From contig JAYZAL010000088.1 in NCBI GenBank assembly GCA_036339735.1, positions 64,001 through 128,000 of the forward strand: a stretch of DNA of 64,000 nucleotides, read 5' to 3'. The stretch is from Candidatus Poribacteria bacterium. Lineage in GTDB: Bacteria > Poribacteria > WGA-4E > UBA9662. The number at the start of each line of letters is the position of its first letter. Position 1 is the first letter of the stretch. Of this stretch, positions 29,439-39,609 are shown piece by piece. Made by a program: the position numbers and the translations under genes. The notes under the pieces were generated by a model. The model worked only from the letters and a program-made list of their open reading frames with translations. It was not told the origin of the DNA and made no database searches.

Positions 29439-30536
29439 TCAAGTAATTGTATCGAAAGTAGTACATAGTTCTTGTGCTTGACCTGTTTTTGCTGACCTAT
29501 AACCCGCGTCGAAGATTTCAATCACGTGTCGAGCATGCTCAGCCGTTGCAAGCGTTGGTTTATCAGTTCGGATCCAATCCACTAACTGCATGATGTCTTC
29601 GTAAACATGGGCTTCTTCTATTTGGAGGTGTTCACCAACAACATGTGGCAGACTAGCCCTAGGCGTATTTATGTCGATCGGTTGACCGTTCAATTCGCCT
29701 CCAGATATAGTACCTTTTGTACCAAAAATAGCAAATCGACCTATATTTGGTAAACCGCCTGCTGCAGTACCATATACAAACCCAAACAAAGATTGCCCAA
29801 AGTCAATTGTTAACAAGGTATTATCATCCATATCACAGGGAAGCATTTCACCTCGAAACTCTCTCTCATTGATTCGTATGCCGGAAAATGCAGTCACACG
29901 TTTAGCTGGACCTAAAATACCAGTCAACGCATGCAGCCCATAAACAGTCATGTCGTACAGTGGTCCACCACCAGGCTTCCGATAATACCAAGCCGGATTT
30001 ATATTAGAAAGGATATCTTCACCATGTCTCACAGATTCCTTTTCATGATACTGACCAAAAGCTGATCCAGCTACGGCCCAAGTTAGTTGTCCTAGTGCAC
30101 CTTCCAGAATCAATTGCCGTATTCTCTGGTTAATAGGTCGTAACATTTCGCCGGGAGAAGAAACTAATTTCACGCCTTTTTTTTGTGCTAGTTCAATTAA
30201 GTTATTAGCTTCATCGACTGTTGTAGTCATCGACTTATTAAAATGCACGTGCACACCGGATTCAATTGCCATTTTTCCTTGCTGGTAGTGAAAGCTAATA
30301 GGGGACGCAATGGTGACAGCATCTACTTTTTTAGAATCTAGTAAATCTCGGTAATCTTCAAAGGCATAGGGAATATTAAATCGATTACTAGCAGCTACAG
30401 CTCGACCTGGAACAGGGTCGCAGACAGCAGTCATTATTACACGATCATGCACATCATCTAAAGATAAATGAGGCATAATACCACGCACAGAGATACTACC
30501 AGCCCCAACTATACCAAGCCTGACAACTTCACTCAT
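29439..30536 (-). CDS. Gfo/Idh/MocA family oxidoreductase
   Basis: GIVGAG, VDAVTIASP, GGGPLYDMTVY. The usual EKP is replaced by NKS. Start at ATG 30536 overlaps the upstream TGA (ATGA). Confidence 0.88.
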   Translation of the reverse strand: MSEVVRLGIVGAGSISVRGIMPHLSLDDVHDRVIMTAVCDPVPGRAVAASNRFNIPYAFEDYRDLLDSKKVDAVTIASPISFHYQQGKMAIESGVHVHFNKSMTTTVDEANNLIELAQKKGVKLVSSPGEMLRPINQRIRQLILEGALGQLTWAVAGSAFGQYHEKESVRHGEDILSNINPAWYYRKPGGGPLYDMTVYGLHALTGILGPAKRVTAFSGIRINEREFRGEMLPCDMDDNTLLTIDFGQSLFGFVYGTAAGGLPNIGRFAIFGTKGTISGGELNGQPIDINTPRASLPHVVGEHLQIEEAHVYEDIMQLVDWIRTDKPTLATAEHARHVIEIFDAGYRSAKTGQAQELCTTFDTIT

Positions 30537-31441
30537 GATAGGTGGCCTCTCCAGCTGGTTTGGTGTTTCCAACCAACTGCTTGTTCTAGTTTTTGACAAT
30601 TCAAAAAGGATTGGTATCCTACCAAATCCTGAGTGATTTCCAACAAATCAGGTCTGAAACGCTCGACTAACTCAGCGGACGATTCTAAAGCTGTTGTATC
30701 CTCTGAGTTCAGGAAATATACATCATGATCAGGGATAGAGTTGCCGCGTTGGCCCGTTGAGGATTCCATAATTAGGCGATGAGCGGAAGCCACATCCTCA
30801 CTACCTACCCAACACCAAAGCCACGGGTTCCAGCTTCTGGCTGGTTGAACGTCTTCCGCCATAGTTACACGTCGTTCGGGTGGCGTAATACCTGCCGGTC
30901 GGGTCATATAAGTTCGAATACCATAAGCTCTAGTGTAGGTGGCTAATAGTTCTTCACCGGCACGTTTTGAATAGCTATAGGAGTCTTCAGGAAAGCAGGG
31001 ATGAGTTTCGTCAATTGGTAATTGTTGGATTGGGAATGGTGTATTACTAATTCTAAAACCATGTCCTAAGGCACAGTTGCTACCTGACATGATAACACTT
31101 TTTACACCAGCCTCGACTGCTGCTTGTAGTAGATAATATGTACCAAGCATATTAGTCTTAAAAGTCGTATCGAATGGTACACCTTTTTCTTCCGCTGCAG
31201 TCCTGAGGTCCGGATGATCGACTGGATTAGGTTGGGCTCCCAAATGTTGGATGGCATCTATTCCTTGGACAGCTTTTTGACAGTCAGAAAAATTATTAAG
31301 ATCGCCTTGAATCCATTGCAAATCAGCAAATTCCGCGCTAGGTGGACGACGAGAAGTCAATACTAGTTCGTAACGACTTTTTAACTCACTAATGACATAG
31401 CCCGATAGTCGACCACTAGCTCCTGTAACCAAAACTTTCAT
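30533..31441 (-). CDS. NAD-dependent epimerase/dehydratase family
   Basis: VLVTGASGRLS, GDL, HLGA, YSYSK (YxxxK). AAGGTG RBS before ATG 31441. Confidence 0.9.
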   Translation of the reverse strand: MKVLVTGASGRLSGYVISELKSRYELVLTSRRPPSAEFADLQWIQGDLNNFSDCQKAVQGIDAIQHLGAQPNPVDHPDLRTAAEEKGVPFDTTFKTNMLGTYYLLQAAVEAGVKSVIMSGSNCALGHGFRISNTPFPIQQLPIDETHPCFPEDSYSYSKRAGEELLATYTRAYGIRTYMTRPAGITPPERRVTMAEDVQPARSWNPWLWCWVGSEDVASAHRLIMESSTGQRGNSIPDHDVYFLNSEDTTALESSAELVERFRPDLLEITQDLVGYQSFLNCQKLEQAVGWKHQTSWRGHLS

Positions 31442-31533
31442 AAACACCTTTTAGATCTGAATTTTGTCGAATCAATAATGAGAGAAAAAACTGTTAACAT
31501 TGAATAGAGACTGACACCTAATTTTATATACGG

Positions 31534-31566
31534 TTGACACGGATCGATAAGTGTCTGTATTATAAT
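31534..31566 (+). promoter_or_regulatory. Putative sigma70 promoter for 31652..33526
   Basis: TTGACA (31534-39), 18-nt spacer, TATTAT (31558-63), with an overlapping TATAAT at 31561-66. Confidence 0.45.
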
Positions 31567-31651
31567 CATCAGATTTACCAACGACAAGTCTCTCCTCAAA
31601 AAGTAGGCTTTCCTTTCGACCAAATCTATCAAGGAAAATCCCATACGATCA

Positions 31652-33526
31652 TTGAGTCAGCAACCAGAACTTGGTTCAAGTACCCGTTTCATTTCACGCG
31701 TTTTAATTTTTGGATCTCTCCTTATTGCATTAAATTGCTATTGGATTATTTCAGCGGAGAACCGAGTCGTATGGGAACTAACCGATTTTTCGGTGTTTCC
31801 TACTGTTCTTTTTACTTTATTTGCTGTTTCTGGCGTAAATTTATTACTTAAGCGAACGTTCACCAGTCTGGCTTTACAAAACTCAGAGATCGCTACTATT
31901 TACATTATGGTCTCGGTATCGACCGCCTTGGCTGGACACGATATCATTCGACAGTTAGTGCCACTGATGGCAAATCCATTTTGGTTTGCCACTCCAGAAA
32001 ACGAATGGGAGGAGCTATTTTTTCGTTATCTGCCTGATTGGTTAACAGTTCCAAATAGAAGTTTATTACGTGGTTACTTTGAAGGAGACGAAAATTTTTG
32101 GCAACCTCAATATTTTAATGCTTGGATTTTTCCTATATTGGCTTGGAGCGTTTTTGTAATTCTGTTGCTATTCGTCACTCTATGTATTAATATCATTATC
32201 CGTCAACAATGGATTGAGCATGAGAAACTCAGTTATCCACTGACAGTCATGCCAATTGAGGTCATTTCAGATACCTCCAAACTCTTTTCAAATAAACTCG
32301 TGTGGATCGGGTTTTTGATAGCATTTGGTTTAGAGATAATAGCTGGCTTAAACTACCTCTACCCTTCAGTTCCCCCGCTAAAGATAAAATATATAGTTCC
32401 CACAAACATTCGCCCTTGGAATGCTATGAGTTGGGGATTTGCTATTTACATTTATCCGTTTGCCATAGGGTTAGCTTACCTAATGCCGTTGGATCTTTCT
32501 CTGTCCCTTTGGTTTTTCCTACTAACCTGGAAGTTACAACCGGTGATTTTAACTGTGCTTGGATTTAATACGGCCGTTGGGCTGATGAATGAACAACGAT
32601 CAGGAGCTTGGATCGGTATTGGCGTAATTGCACTGTTAACCAGTCGTAATCACATTATCAAAATAGTGAAAGGTGTATTGACTCGAAGAGAAAATAGCAG
32701 TTTATACTATCTAGCCGTTTTTGGCATGATTTTTGGCACTGCACTGATGGTTCTATTTTGGTATCAAGCCGGTCTATCTCCTTGGGTTGCCATAACTTAC
32801 TTCTTGATTTACTTTGTAATTTGTATTGGAATGACCCGAATGCGAGCTGAATTGGGACCACCAACTCACGAACTACACGGTGCACATCCAGACCGATTAA
32901 TGGCCGGTTTTCTTGGCACACGCGCAATTGGTCCCGCTAACTTAACTAATACTACCCTACTTTCTTGGTTAGCTTATGGATACCGATGCCACCCGATGCC
33001 GCACCAATTAGAAGGATTCAAAATTGGTTCCTATTTTGATGTCCGCTATCGCCGTTTGATAATTTCCATGATTGTTGCCTCGATCGTTGGAGCTTTCCTA
33101 TCAATTTTGCTTCATGTCTCTCTTTATCACCGTTTTCAGTTTGCTCGATGGGGAGTTGGTGAATTCAACCATTTGAGAAATCAGATTTTATTTCCTAAAG
33201 AAGCAAATCTTGAAGCCATGCAGCATGTAGGCATTGGGTTTGTAATCACAGCAGTTTTGACGGTACTTAAACGTCGTTTTATTTGGTGGCCTTTCTATCC
33301 AGCTGGTTATGCTGTTAGTAAAGGATGGGCTATGACTTGGATGTGGTTCTCTATTTTACTAGGATGGCTAGCCAAAAGACTAATGTTTGCCACCGGTGGT
33401 GTGAAATATTACCGAATAATGCTACCTCTATTTCTGGGTTTTATATTTGGACAATTCTCAGCAGGTAGTTTATGGAGTTTGATAGCCATAATCACTGGTA
33501 AAAACATGTATACGATGTTCCCCTGA
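31652..33526 (+). CDS. DUF6785/DUF6784-like multi-pass membrane protein (putative transporter)
   Basis: Highly hydrophobic, with FATPENEW, WIEHEKLSYP, PWNA, MTRMRAELG, MPHQLEG and WWPFYPAGY. Paralog of 1..963 and 43219..45153. Confidence 0.85.
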   Translation: MSQQPELGSSTRFISRVLIFGSLLIALNCYWIISAENRVVWELTDFSVFPTVLFTLFAVSGVNLLLKRTFTSLALQNSEIATIYIMVSVSTALAGHDIIRQLVPLMANPFWFATPENEWEELFFRYLPDWLTVPNRSLLRGYFEGDENFWQPQYFNAWIFPILAWSVFVILLLFVTLCINIIIRQQWIEHEKLSYPLTVMPIEVISDTSKLFSNKLVWIGFLIAFGLEIIAGLNYLYPSVPPLKIKYIVPTNIRPWNAMSWGFAIYIYPFAIGLAYLMPLDLSLSLWFFLLTWKLQPVILTVLGFNTAVGLMNEQRSGAWIGIGVIALLTSRNHIIKIVKGVLTRRENSSLYYLAVFGMIFGTALMVLFWYQAGLSPWVAITYFLIYFVICIGMTRMRAELGPPTHELHGAHPDRLMAGFLGTRAIGPANLTNTTLLSWLAYGYRCHPMPHQLEGFKIGSYFDVRYRRLIISMIVASIVGAFLSILLHVSLYHRFQFARWGVGEFNHLRNQILFPKEANLEAMQHVGIGFVITAVLTVLKRRFIWWPFYPAGYAVSKGWAMTWMWFSILLGWLAKRLMFATGGVKYYRIMLPLFLGFIFGQFSAGSLWSLIAIITGKNMYTMFP

Positions 33527-33674
33527 AGAGATTGTTTATGTGGGATTCAGGATTTTGAATAAAATCTATGTCCAGAATTTATTAGGTCAAAAATTGCACA
33601 ATATCTACTCGTAGTAGTTAAGCTTAGTATAGATAAAAAGTGTAATATTGGAATGACACGGATGCTGGTGAAAA

Positions 33675-33683
33675 TGGTATAAT
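33675..33683 (+). promoter_or_regulatory. Putative extended -10 promoter (TGgTATAAT) upstream of the LamG gene
   Basis: TG-n-TATAAT at 33675-33683, about 230 bp before ATG 33916. Confidence 0.35.
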
Positions 33684-33915
33684 CTTCGCTTCTTTCAAAA
33701 AGAACACAAAATCTTGTTTTCTAGTATGTACTTATATCCAACTACAATGGAACGGGAACGATGTATAACAAGTAGATGTCTTGCTCGAGAAGATATTTGT
33801 GTGTGATGAACAAGCCTAACTATTTTGTTTATCCTAAACCAATCGAAATCAACCAATTGGCTAGCGTAGTTAAAAAATAAATGATAATAAATAAATAGCC
33901 AAAAAGGGGAAAATT

Positions 33916-34692
33916 ATGTTTTTCAATCATAAAGCTAATAAACTATTCATACTACTGTTAATAGGTATTGTTTCTTCATTGCAAACTCTCAGTTGGTCAG
34001 TAGAACCTGATAAAGATTTACTTCTATATTTTCCAATGGAAAAAGATCTCTTAGATGCCAGTGGAAACAAAAATGATGGAGAACTTGCAAATGGAAAAGT
34101 ATCTTTGCAAAAAGGAAAATTTGGAAAAGCTATTGAATTAGCAACGGATCAGCCAATTGTAATCGAACCTTCGGATAGCTTACATGGGGATATATTTCTC
34201 GAACCGTTTACTTATACCTTATGGATAAACCCAGATTTCAAAGGAACGGAGTGGGGCCATTTATGGCGTAGTTTGCCTGGAGCTTCTGGGCATAATACTT
34301 TATTTCTCAACTCGGCTCAAGGATTATTCTCTTTTAGAGGTGTCGTCGGTGGGTGGACCATTCTCTGTCAAACTGACGGTGGATTAGTCAAAAAGAACAC
34401 TTGGTACCAAGTTACTCTAACTTCTGATACTAAGAAATTTAGAATCTATCTCAATGGAAAGCTAGAAAAAGAAGCTGACTACCAAAAGACAGCAGGAAAA
34501 ATTGCGGAGTTTCGCATCGGTGGTTCTGGTGGTGAAACTTATTCAGGTTTGATAGATGACGTTGCTTTTTACAGACGAGCCTTGGGCAAAAACGAAATCG
34601 AATCCATTACCGAAAGTGGAATGGAAGCGTTTCTCTCAGTCGATCCTAAAAGAAAACTAACGGTCAGTTGGTCCAGAATAAAGACAGAATAG
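33916..34692 (+). CDS. Exported LamG-like jellyroll protein with conserved C-terminal motif
   Basis: Signal peptide, DASGNKNDG, GKFGKA, FTYTLWI, WYQVTLT, IYLNG, GLIDDVAFYRRAL. Ends SVDPKRKLTVSWSRIKTE. Confidence 0.9.
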   Translation: MFFNHKANKLFILLLIGIVSSLQTLSWSVEPDKDLLLYFPMEKDLLDASGNKNDGELANGKVSLQKGKFGKAIELATDQPIVIEPSDSLHGDIFLEPFTYTLWINPDFKGTEWGHLWRSLPGASGHNTLFLNSAQGLFSFRGVVGGWTILCQTDGGLVKKNTWYQVTLTSDTKKFRIYLNGKLEKEADYQKTAGKIAEFRIGGSGGETYSGLIDDVAFYRRALGKNEIESITESGMEAFLSVDPKRKLTVSWSRIKTE

Positions 34693-34776
34693 ATGATGTC
34701 CAAGGTATCAGCTATCAACTCGATTCCTCGTACAATTTAAATCATCAATATTTGAATCACAATATTTATTGATGGT

Positions 34777-34832
34777 CTTTCGTTGCAGTTACTTATCGGT
34801 CAATGCCGAATGGCAAGTAACTGCAACGAAAG
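34777..34832. terminator. 18-bp perfect inverted repeat, probable bidirectional terminator
   Basis: CTTTCGTTGCAGTTACTT (34777-94) and AAGTAACTGCAACGAAAG (34815-32) with a 20-nt loop, between convergent genes. Confidence 0.65.
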
Positions 34833-34996
34833 GACTGATCCGTCAAGTTTTTCTCGATTGTTTAGAATGTAACTAGTAATCGATGTTCAATTTTGGTATC
34901 TGGAACAATTTAATAAAACTTGCGTTTGTCGACTTGTGTAAACTCAGTACGAAACAACAAACACGAAAATTTTATTAGGATGAATAATTCTTTGAA

Positions 34997-36157
34997 TTAA
35001 CAAAAATCGTTCCCGCCTCTGATAATTGTGTAAACGTTTGTAGCACTTGCCACATAGTTGGGCACTTTAAAGTAATCCTTATTCACACATTCGTTTATAC
35101 CGTTTTCCCTGAAGTCTTGTATTACTTCGTTCAAGATTTCTTTCGCAATCCTGAGGCTTTTTCGGGAAATGACCGGTATGACCCATGCTAACGGTGTTGC
35201 CCAAAAAGCTCCATTCTGGTACGTGCCAGTTTCACACGAGATAAATGTTTTATCCCAACCTTTATCTCTTGGCGACAAGTGCTTCAGCTGACCTTTAAAA
35301 AATAGTTTTTCCTTATTATCAATTAAATATTGGATAATTCTGTTCGTTTGCTCTGGGGTTGTTATTCCTACAGCAACAGCAAATGCACTCCCCCAAATAT
35401 CAATTTGTCGACAATCGATAGTAGCAGCCAAAAACATTCCTGATTCGCTATCATAAAGCTTGCTGATATTTTTCTTAATGTTTTCTCTCCAAATCCTGTA
35501 GCATTCCCCGCTATCTATGGAATATTTCATGCATAATTTTTCCATTTCCATACTAGATTGAAAAAACAAAAGAGATGAGAATAAAAGATTACCAGTCTTT
35601 TTCACAATATCCGTGAATCCATAGTTACACTGAGGATTCAAGGGGTCATTGAATACTAAACCATCTTTATCTCTATTAACAAATCGTAACCCATCTTTAA
35701 TAACCGTTTGCATTTTCGTAAAGAATTCATCATCTTCAAAACGGTTAGTGTACGAACATAAAAGCAATGCCGTGAATGGACCATTATCAAGTGCATGATC
35801 GGCTAGCGGACTTAAATCTCCTCCAGGACTATATATTGGTTGACCATCGGAATTTACTCGGTCAGGCATGCAACCATCTTTTCTCTGTCCATTTATCAAA
35901 TACTTGATGCAAATCTTGATTTCTTCTGGATCCATCAGGTCTCCAGCATATTCGACCATATAGTAGAAATCTCTCGTCCATAAGGCTTTGTAATTACCTA
36001 TACCGTCTGGTGTATAAAGCCATAAACCTGATGATGACCTTATTCTAGACCCATTTAGTTGATCCTTGGTCGCCTGCGTTAACCAATATGTATCAGCTCG
36101 AGAAGGGCCATATGTATTTTCAGAAAAATTAAAGTCTTTTGGGTAATGATCCGACAC
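34997..36157 (-). CDS. Six-hairpin (alpha/alpha)6 glycoside hydrolase-like protein
   Basis: LWTRDF, GQRKDG..PD, YGFTD, DIWGS, YQNGAFWATP, NECV. AGGAG RBS before a GTG start. Confidence 0.65.
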   Translation of the reverse strand: MSDHYPKDFNFSENTYGPSRADTYWLTQATKDQLNGSRIRSSSGLWLYTPDGIGNYKALWTRDFYYMVEYAGDLMDPEEIKICIKYLINGQRKDGCMPDRVNSDGQPIYSPGGDLSPLADHALDNGPFTALLLCSYTNRFEDDEFFTKMQTVIKDGLRFVNRDKDGLVFNDPLNPQCNYGFTDIVKKTGNLLFSSLLFFQSSMEMEKLCMKYSIDSGECYRIWRENIKKNISKLYDSESGMFLAATIDCRQIDIWGSAFAVAVGITTPEQTNRIIQYLIDNKEKLFFKGQLKHLSPRDKGWDKTFISCETGTYQNGAFWATPLAWVIPVISRKSLRIAKEILNEVIQDFRENGINECVNKDYFKVPNYVASATNVYTIIRGGNDFC

Positions 36158-36481
36158 CCATCGCTCCTTAAATACCTGTATTATAGGTTAAAAAAGTTTC
36201 GGATTTTCGAACTGTCTGGCTATTTCAGCGAATTTTTGTCATGATGTTTATTACTTAACTTTTAATTTGGTCACTTTGAACGAAATAAGATGAACGCTGA
36301 ATTAGTCGTAGGGATAATGAAATTCAAAAATGAATATTATTGTTCAAAAAGAAGATATCATTCATAAGATATTACTTTCATAGTTCTAACGCAAATGGTT
36401 TTATTGTAAAATAACCTCGTTTGAGAATTCTATAGATTTAAGTTTTAAATATCCATATAAAATGGGAGCTTTCATAATATT

Positions 36482-38488
36482 ATGCAAACTTTTTCTTCTT
36501 CCCTCCTATCAAACGATAAAGATACAGATCAACAACTTGTATTGAAAGGTACAAATGTCACACCACATCTTATCGCGGAATCGATGAGATACAGTGAACC
36601 CCCTGAACCAGCCTCAGGTGCCAAAGTTCAGCTTTTTTTGTACAATAATAGCTCTAAATCTTTGTCGATCACCAATCAAACTCCTGTTCAGTTTGCTGGA
36701 AAATCTGCCCAAGAGTTATTGGAAGAAAATATTTGGTCTTGGCATGACACTCCGTCAGTACGAAACGATTTGGACCTTCTCGATTCAGATCAGATGACCG
36801 TTTGGACTTTCAATAGCAAACACCCAACTTTTGGTCCTAATGCAGAACTGAACATGAAAATTGGTCCTACTAACGAACCATGGCTTTCGGGAAATCTAAG
36901 CCTAAAACCTTCTAAGTGCTGGATGTCATCTGTGACTTTTTTAGCGCCAGAAGGCGAAATCCATCCAGAAAATTTAGTCATTCATATGGCAAACACATCT
37001 GAAAAAGATATTTCTATTAGTTCTTGTCGGCTTTGGCTAGCCAATGAGCCCTCAACTCCCCGTATACTTTCACTACAAAAAATATTGGAGCCAATCAAAT
37101 TATTCAATGATCAAGAGGTAATTCCCGCGAGCGAACTTGGTGGGTTCATGATCAAAACTGATCCACTACCGCTGACATATGCAGCTATTGAGATTATTAT
37201 TACACCAACTGATGGTCCCTCCTATTCTATCTGGTCTTATCTTCGTATCAAAGTGGAACAATTTGATATTTCAGGAGGATGGGTCAACGATTCAGGAAAT
37301 CATCTTCAAAATGAGAATTTTCTTAAAACACTTAAACGACTATATGTCAACACTTCACATAATTCCATTATGGACGGCTATAGCGATACTGATTTGTATG
37401 AAAAGTATCCTTTGAAGTATTTTGGTGGCTTACAGCCTTTTGAAGTTTATGATACCGATGAGATGTTGCCCAAAATCCATGCTGTCGAGTTTTTGGGAGA
37501 GCCACAATATGGCGGAGGAACTCCCGTACCTCCACAAGACGTTTGGGAAGCTCTGTCACCTTACGCTGTTACCCGATTAGCCACTACCTTGACACACAGC
37601 GAAGAACGAATATGGCGTGATTACGCAGGTTTAAGTGATTACCCACATTATGACGCTTATCGTGTGTCGGCACCTTCTCCTGATTCTTGGAGAAAATATG
37701 ATCGTTGGAATGGAAACATAATTGGTTGGGGTTCGCCTCTTGAAACTATTGGAGACATGTGCCGATCACTCAAGGAACTCAATCGACCAATGCCTTGCGC
37801 GATTTGGTCTCAGGGACCTCATCACAATTGGTCGGTATATGATCATCGAACAAGGACCTCTCCGACCCCAACGGAAATTAGAATGCAAGCCTACCACGCT
37901 ATTTCAACACGTATTACTTCGCTTTACTGGTTTAATCTTAGTTTGAAGTCTCTATGCTCATGGAGAGATACTATGGAGGAACTGGTACATATTGGGCGCG
38001 AACTCAGACTGATTGATGAATTTTTATTGGAAGGCGATGCTTATGAGCATAAACGTCTGACGGATACAAATGGACATTTAGATTGGGATATTTCTTCTGT
38101 TTTTGGCCCCAGAGCAGGGATCTTGTTCGCAATGGATATTAACTACGAGCCTGACTTAGAAGAAAGGGTTTTCAAATACGGACCTCCCAGAAATGCACAA
38201 TGGTCATTCTCACTTCCTACTTATTTACAAAAGGTCAGTGATGTATTTAGGATAGATGCTGATGGGGTCTATGATGTCGACTGGAACCTAGTTGACAACT
38301 CGATCGAAATTTCTAACCAAGCCAGTCAAGTTATGGTTTATCTCGCAACTGAGGATCCGAAACTACGATTTAAGCTAGAAGTCAAACGTCAGCAATTATT
38401 GGAAGAAGAAAGCAGAATTGGATTTGATCCTGTGAAAAACGATGCAGACTTTCATACTTTGCAGGAAGTTCTTGGATCTGCAGATTAA
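36482..38488 (+). CDS. Conserved-looking hypothetical protein, possibly with a glycoside-hydrolase-like barrel
   Basis: Clean 668-aa ORF with GGGAG RBS. The Trp/Tyr-rich C-terminal half (LGEPQY, HYDAY, WSQG, LYWF) suggests a TIM-barrel hydrolase, unconfirmed. Confidence 0.6.
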   Translation: MQTFSSSLLSNDKDTDQQLVLKGTNVTPHLIAESMRYSEPPEPASGAKVQLFLYNNSSKSLSITNQTPVQFAGKSAQELLEENIWSWHDTPSVRNDLDLLDSDQMTVWTFNSKHPTFGPNAELNMKIGPTNEPWLSGNLSLKPSKCWMSSVTFLAPEGEIHPENLVIHMANTSEKDISISSCRLWLANEPSTPRILSLQKILEPIKLFNDQEVIPASELGGFMIKTDPLPLTYAAIEIIITPTDGPSYSIWSYLRIKVEQFDISGGWVNDSGNHLQNENFLKTLKRLYVNTSHNSIMDGYSDTDLYEKYPLKYFGGLQPFEVYDTDEMLPKIHAVEFLGEPQYGGGTPVPPQDVWEALSPYAVTRLATTLTHSEERIWRDYAGLSDYPHYDAYRVSAPSPDSWRKYDRWNGNIIGWGSPLETIGDMCRSLKELNRPMPCAIWSQGPHHNWSVYDHRTRTSPTPTEIRMQAYHAISTRITSLYWFNLSLKSLCSWRDTMEELVHIGRELRLIDEFLLEGDAYEHKRLTDTNGHLDWDISSVFGPRAGILFAMDINYEPDLEERVFKYGPPRNAQWSFSLPTYLQKVSDVFRIDADGVYDVDWNLVDNSIEISNQASQVMVYLATEDPKLRFKLEVKRQQLLEEESRIGFDPVKNDADFHTLQEVLGSAD

Positions 38489-38761
38489 TATCGTTTATTA
38501 AATCACTGATATCTTCCTTGAAAATAACTTTGTTCAGTTATTAGTCATGTTGATTCATTCAGTCATCAATTGAACAAAGTTATTTTTTATCATACTGATT
38601 GTTCAAAGCTAAAAATCACCTAGATTGTCGTGCCTTCATCGGCGCGATATTACTAATCATATTAATTCATTTTCTCAGCTCAGAACAGATTGAAAGATAA
38701 TAAATTGATAAGCTTATACATTGAGTATCAAAAAGTCCTATTCACTTGATAACTAGTTTAA

Positions 38762-39463
38762 ATGAAAAACCAAACAATATTTACTATAGGCCACTCAAGG
38801 CACAAAATTGATTGCTTTATAAAGCTATTGCGTTGCTATCAGTGTAATATCATCATCGATGTCAGAAGCCTTCCATATAGTCGAATTGCCCCACAGTTTA
38901 ACAGAAATAGATTGAGTTTATCCTTAAGAGAAAACAAGATACACTATATGGATTTTCAAAACGAATTCGGTGCAAGACAAACGAGTGCTTACTTGCTGGA
39001 CCCTAATGGGAAAGTCGATTTTGATAAAGTAAGATTGAGTTCTTCATTCAGGGATGGGATAGCTAGACTCACAAGAGGGTTAGATTTAGGATATAGAATT
39101 GCATTAATGTGTTCAGAAGCTGACCCTTTTGAATGCCACCGTTTCTCTTTAATTTCATATCAGATTATTCAAGAAGGTGGTCGAGTCAGTCATATATTGA
39201 AAGATGGCGATCTGAAGGAAAATGGAAAAATGGAAGACGAACTAATTTCTAAATATAAAAACAAACTACCACAGAGCGACTTATTTAAACAAATTACAAG
39301 GAAAGATCAAATTGAAAAAGCTTATCGACTTAGAGGTAAGGACATAGCTTTTTCTTTGGCAGAACAAAAAGAAAAAATGAAAGCTAAAGAAATAGAATAT
39401 TCAGTACAGTTACCCAGTAATATTTTACAAAATCAACACTATAAAACACCTAATTTGTTTTAG
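38762..39463 (+). CDS. DUF488 domain protein
   Basis: IFTIGHS, IDVRSLPYSR..PQFN, FG.R, ALMCSEADPFECHR. Confidence 0.9.
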   Translation: MKNQTIFTIGHSRHKIDCFIKLLRCYQCNIIIDVRSLPYSRIAPQFNRNRLSLSLRENKIHYMDFQNEFGARQTSAYLLDPNGKVDFDKVRLSSSFRDGIARLTRGLDLGYRIALMCSEADPFECHRFSLISYQIIQEGGRVSHILKDGDLKENGKMEDELISKYKNKLPQSDLFKQITRKDQIEKAYRLRGKDIAFSLAEQKEKMKAKEIEYSVQLPSNILQNQHYKTPNLF

Positions 39464-39609
39464 AATGATGTTTGTGGGCAAGATTAAATTCGATATAAAT
39501 TCCACTAGTGTAGTAAAAGACCTAGTCACAGAAGCTAGTGTCGCCGAGATTAAGCGTAAATCCCAAAATCAATCTTATTTTTTATTTATGCAATAATAAA
39601 ATTTGTTCA

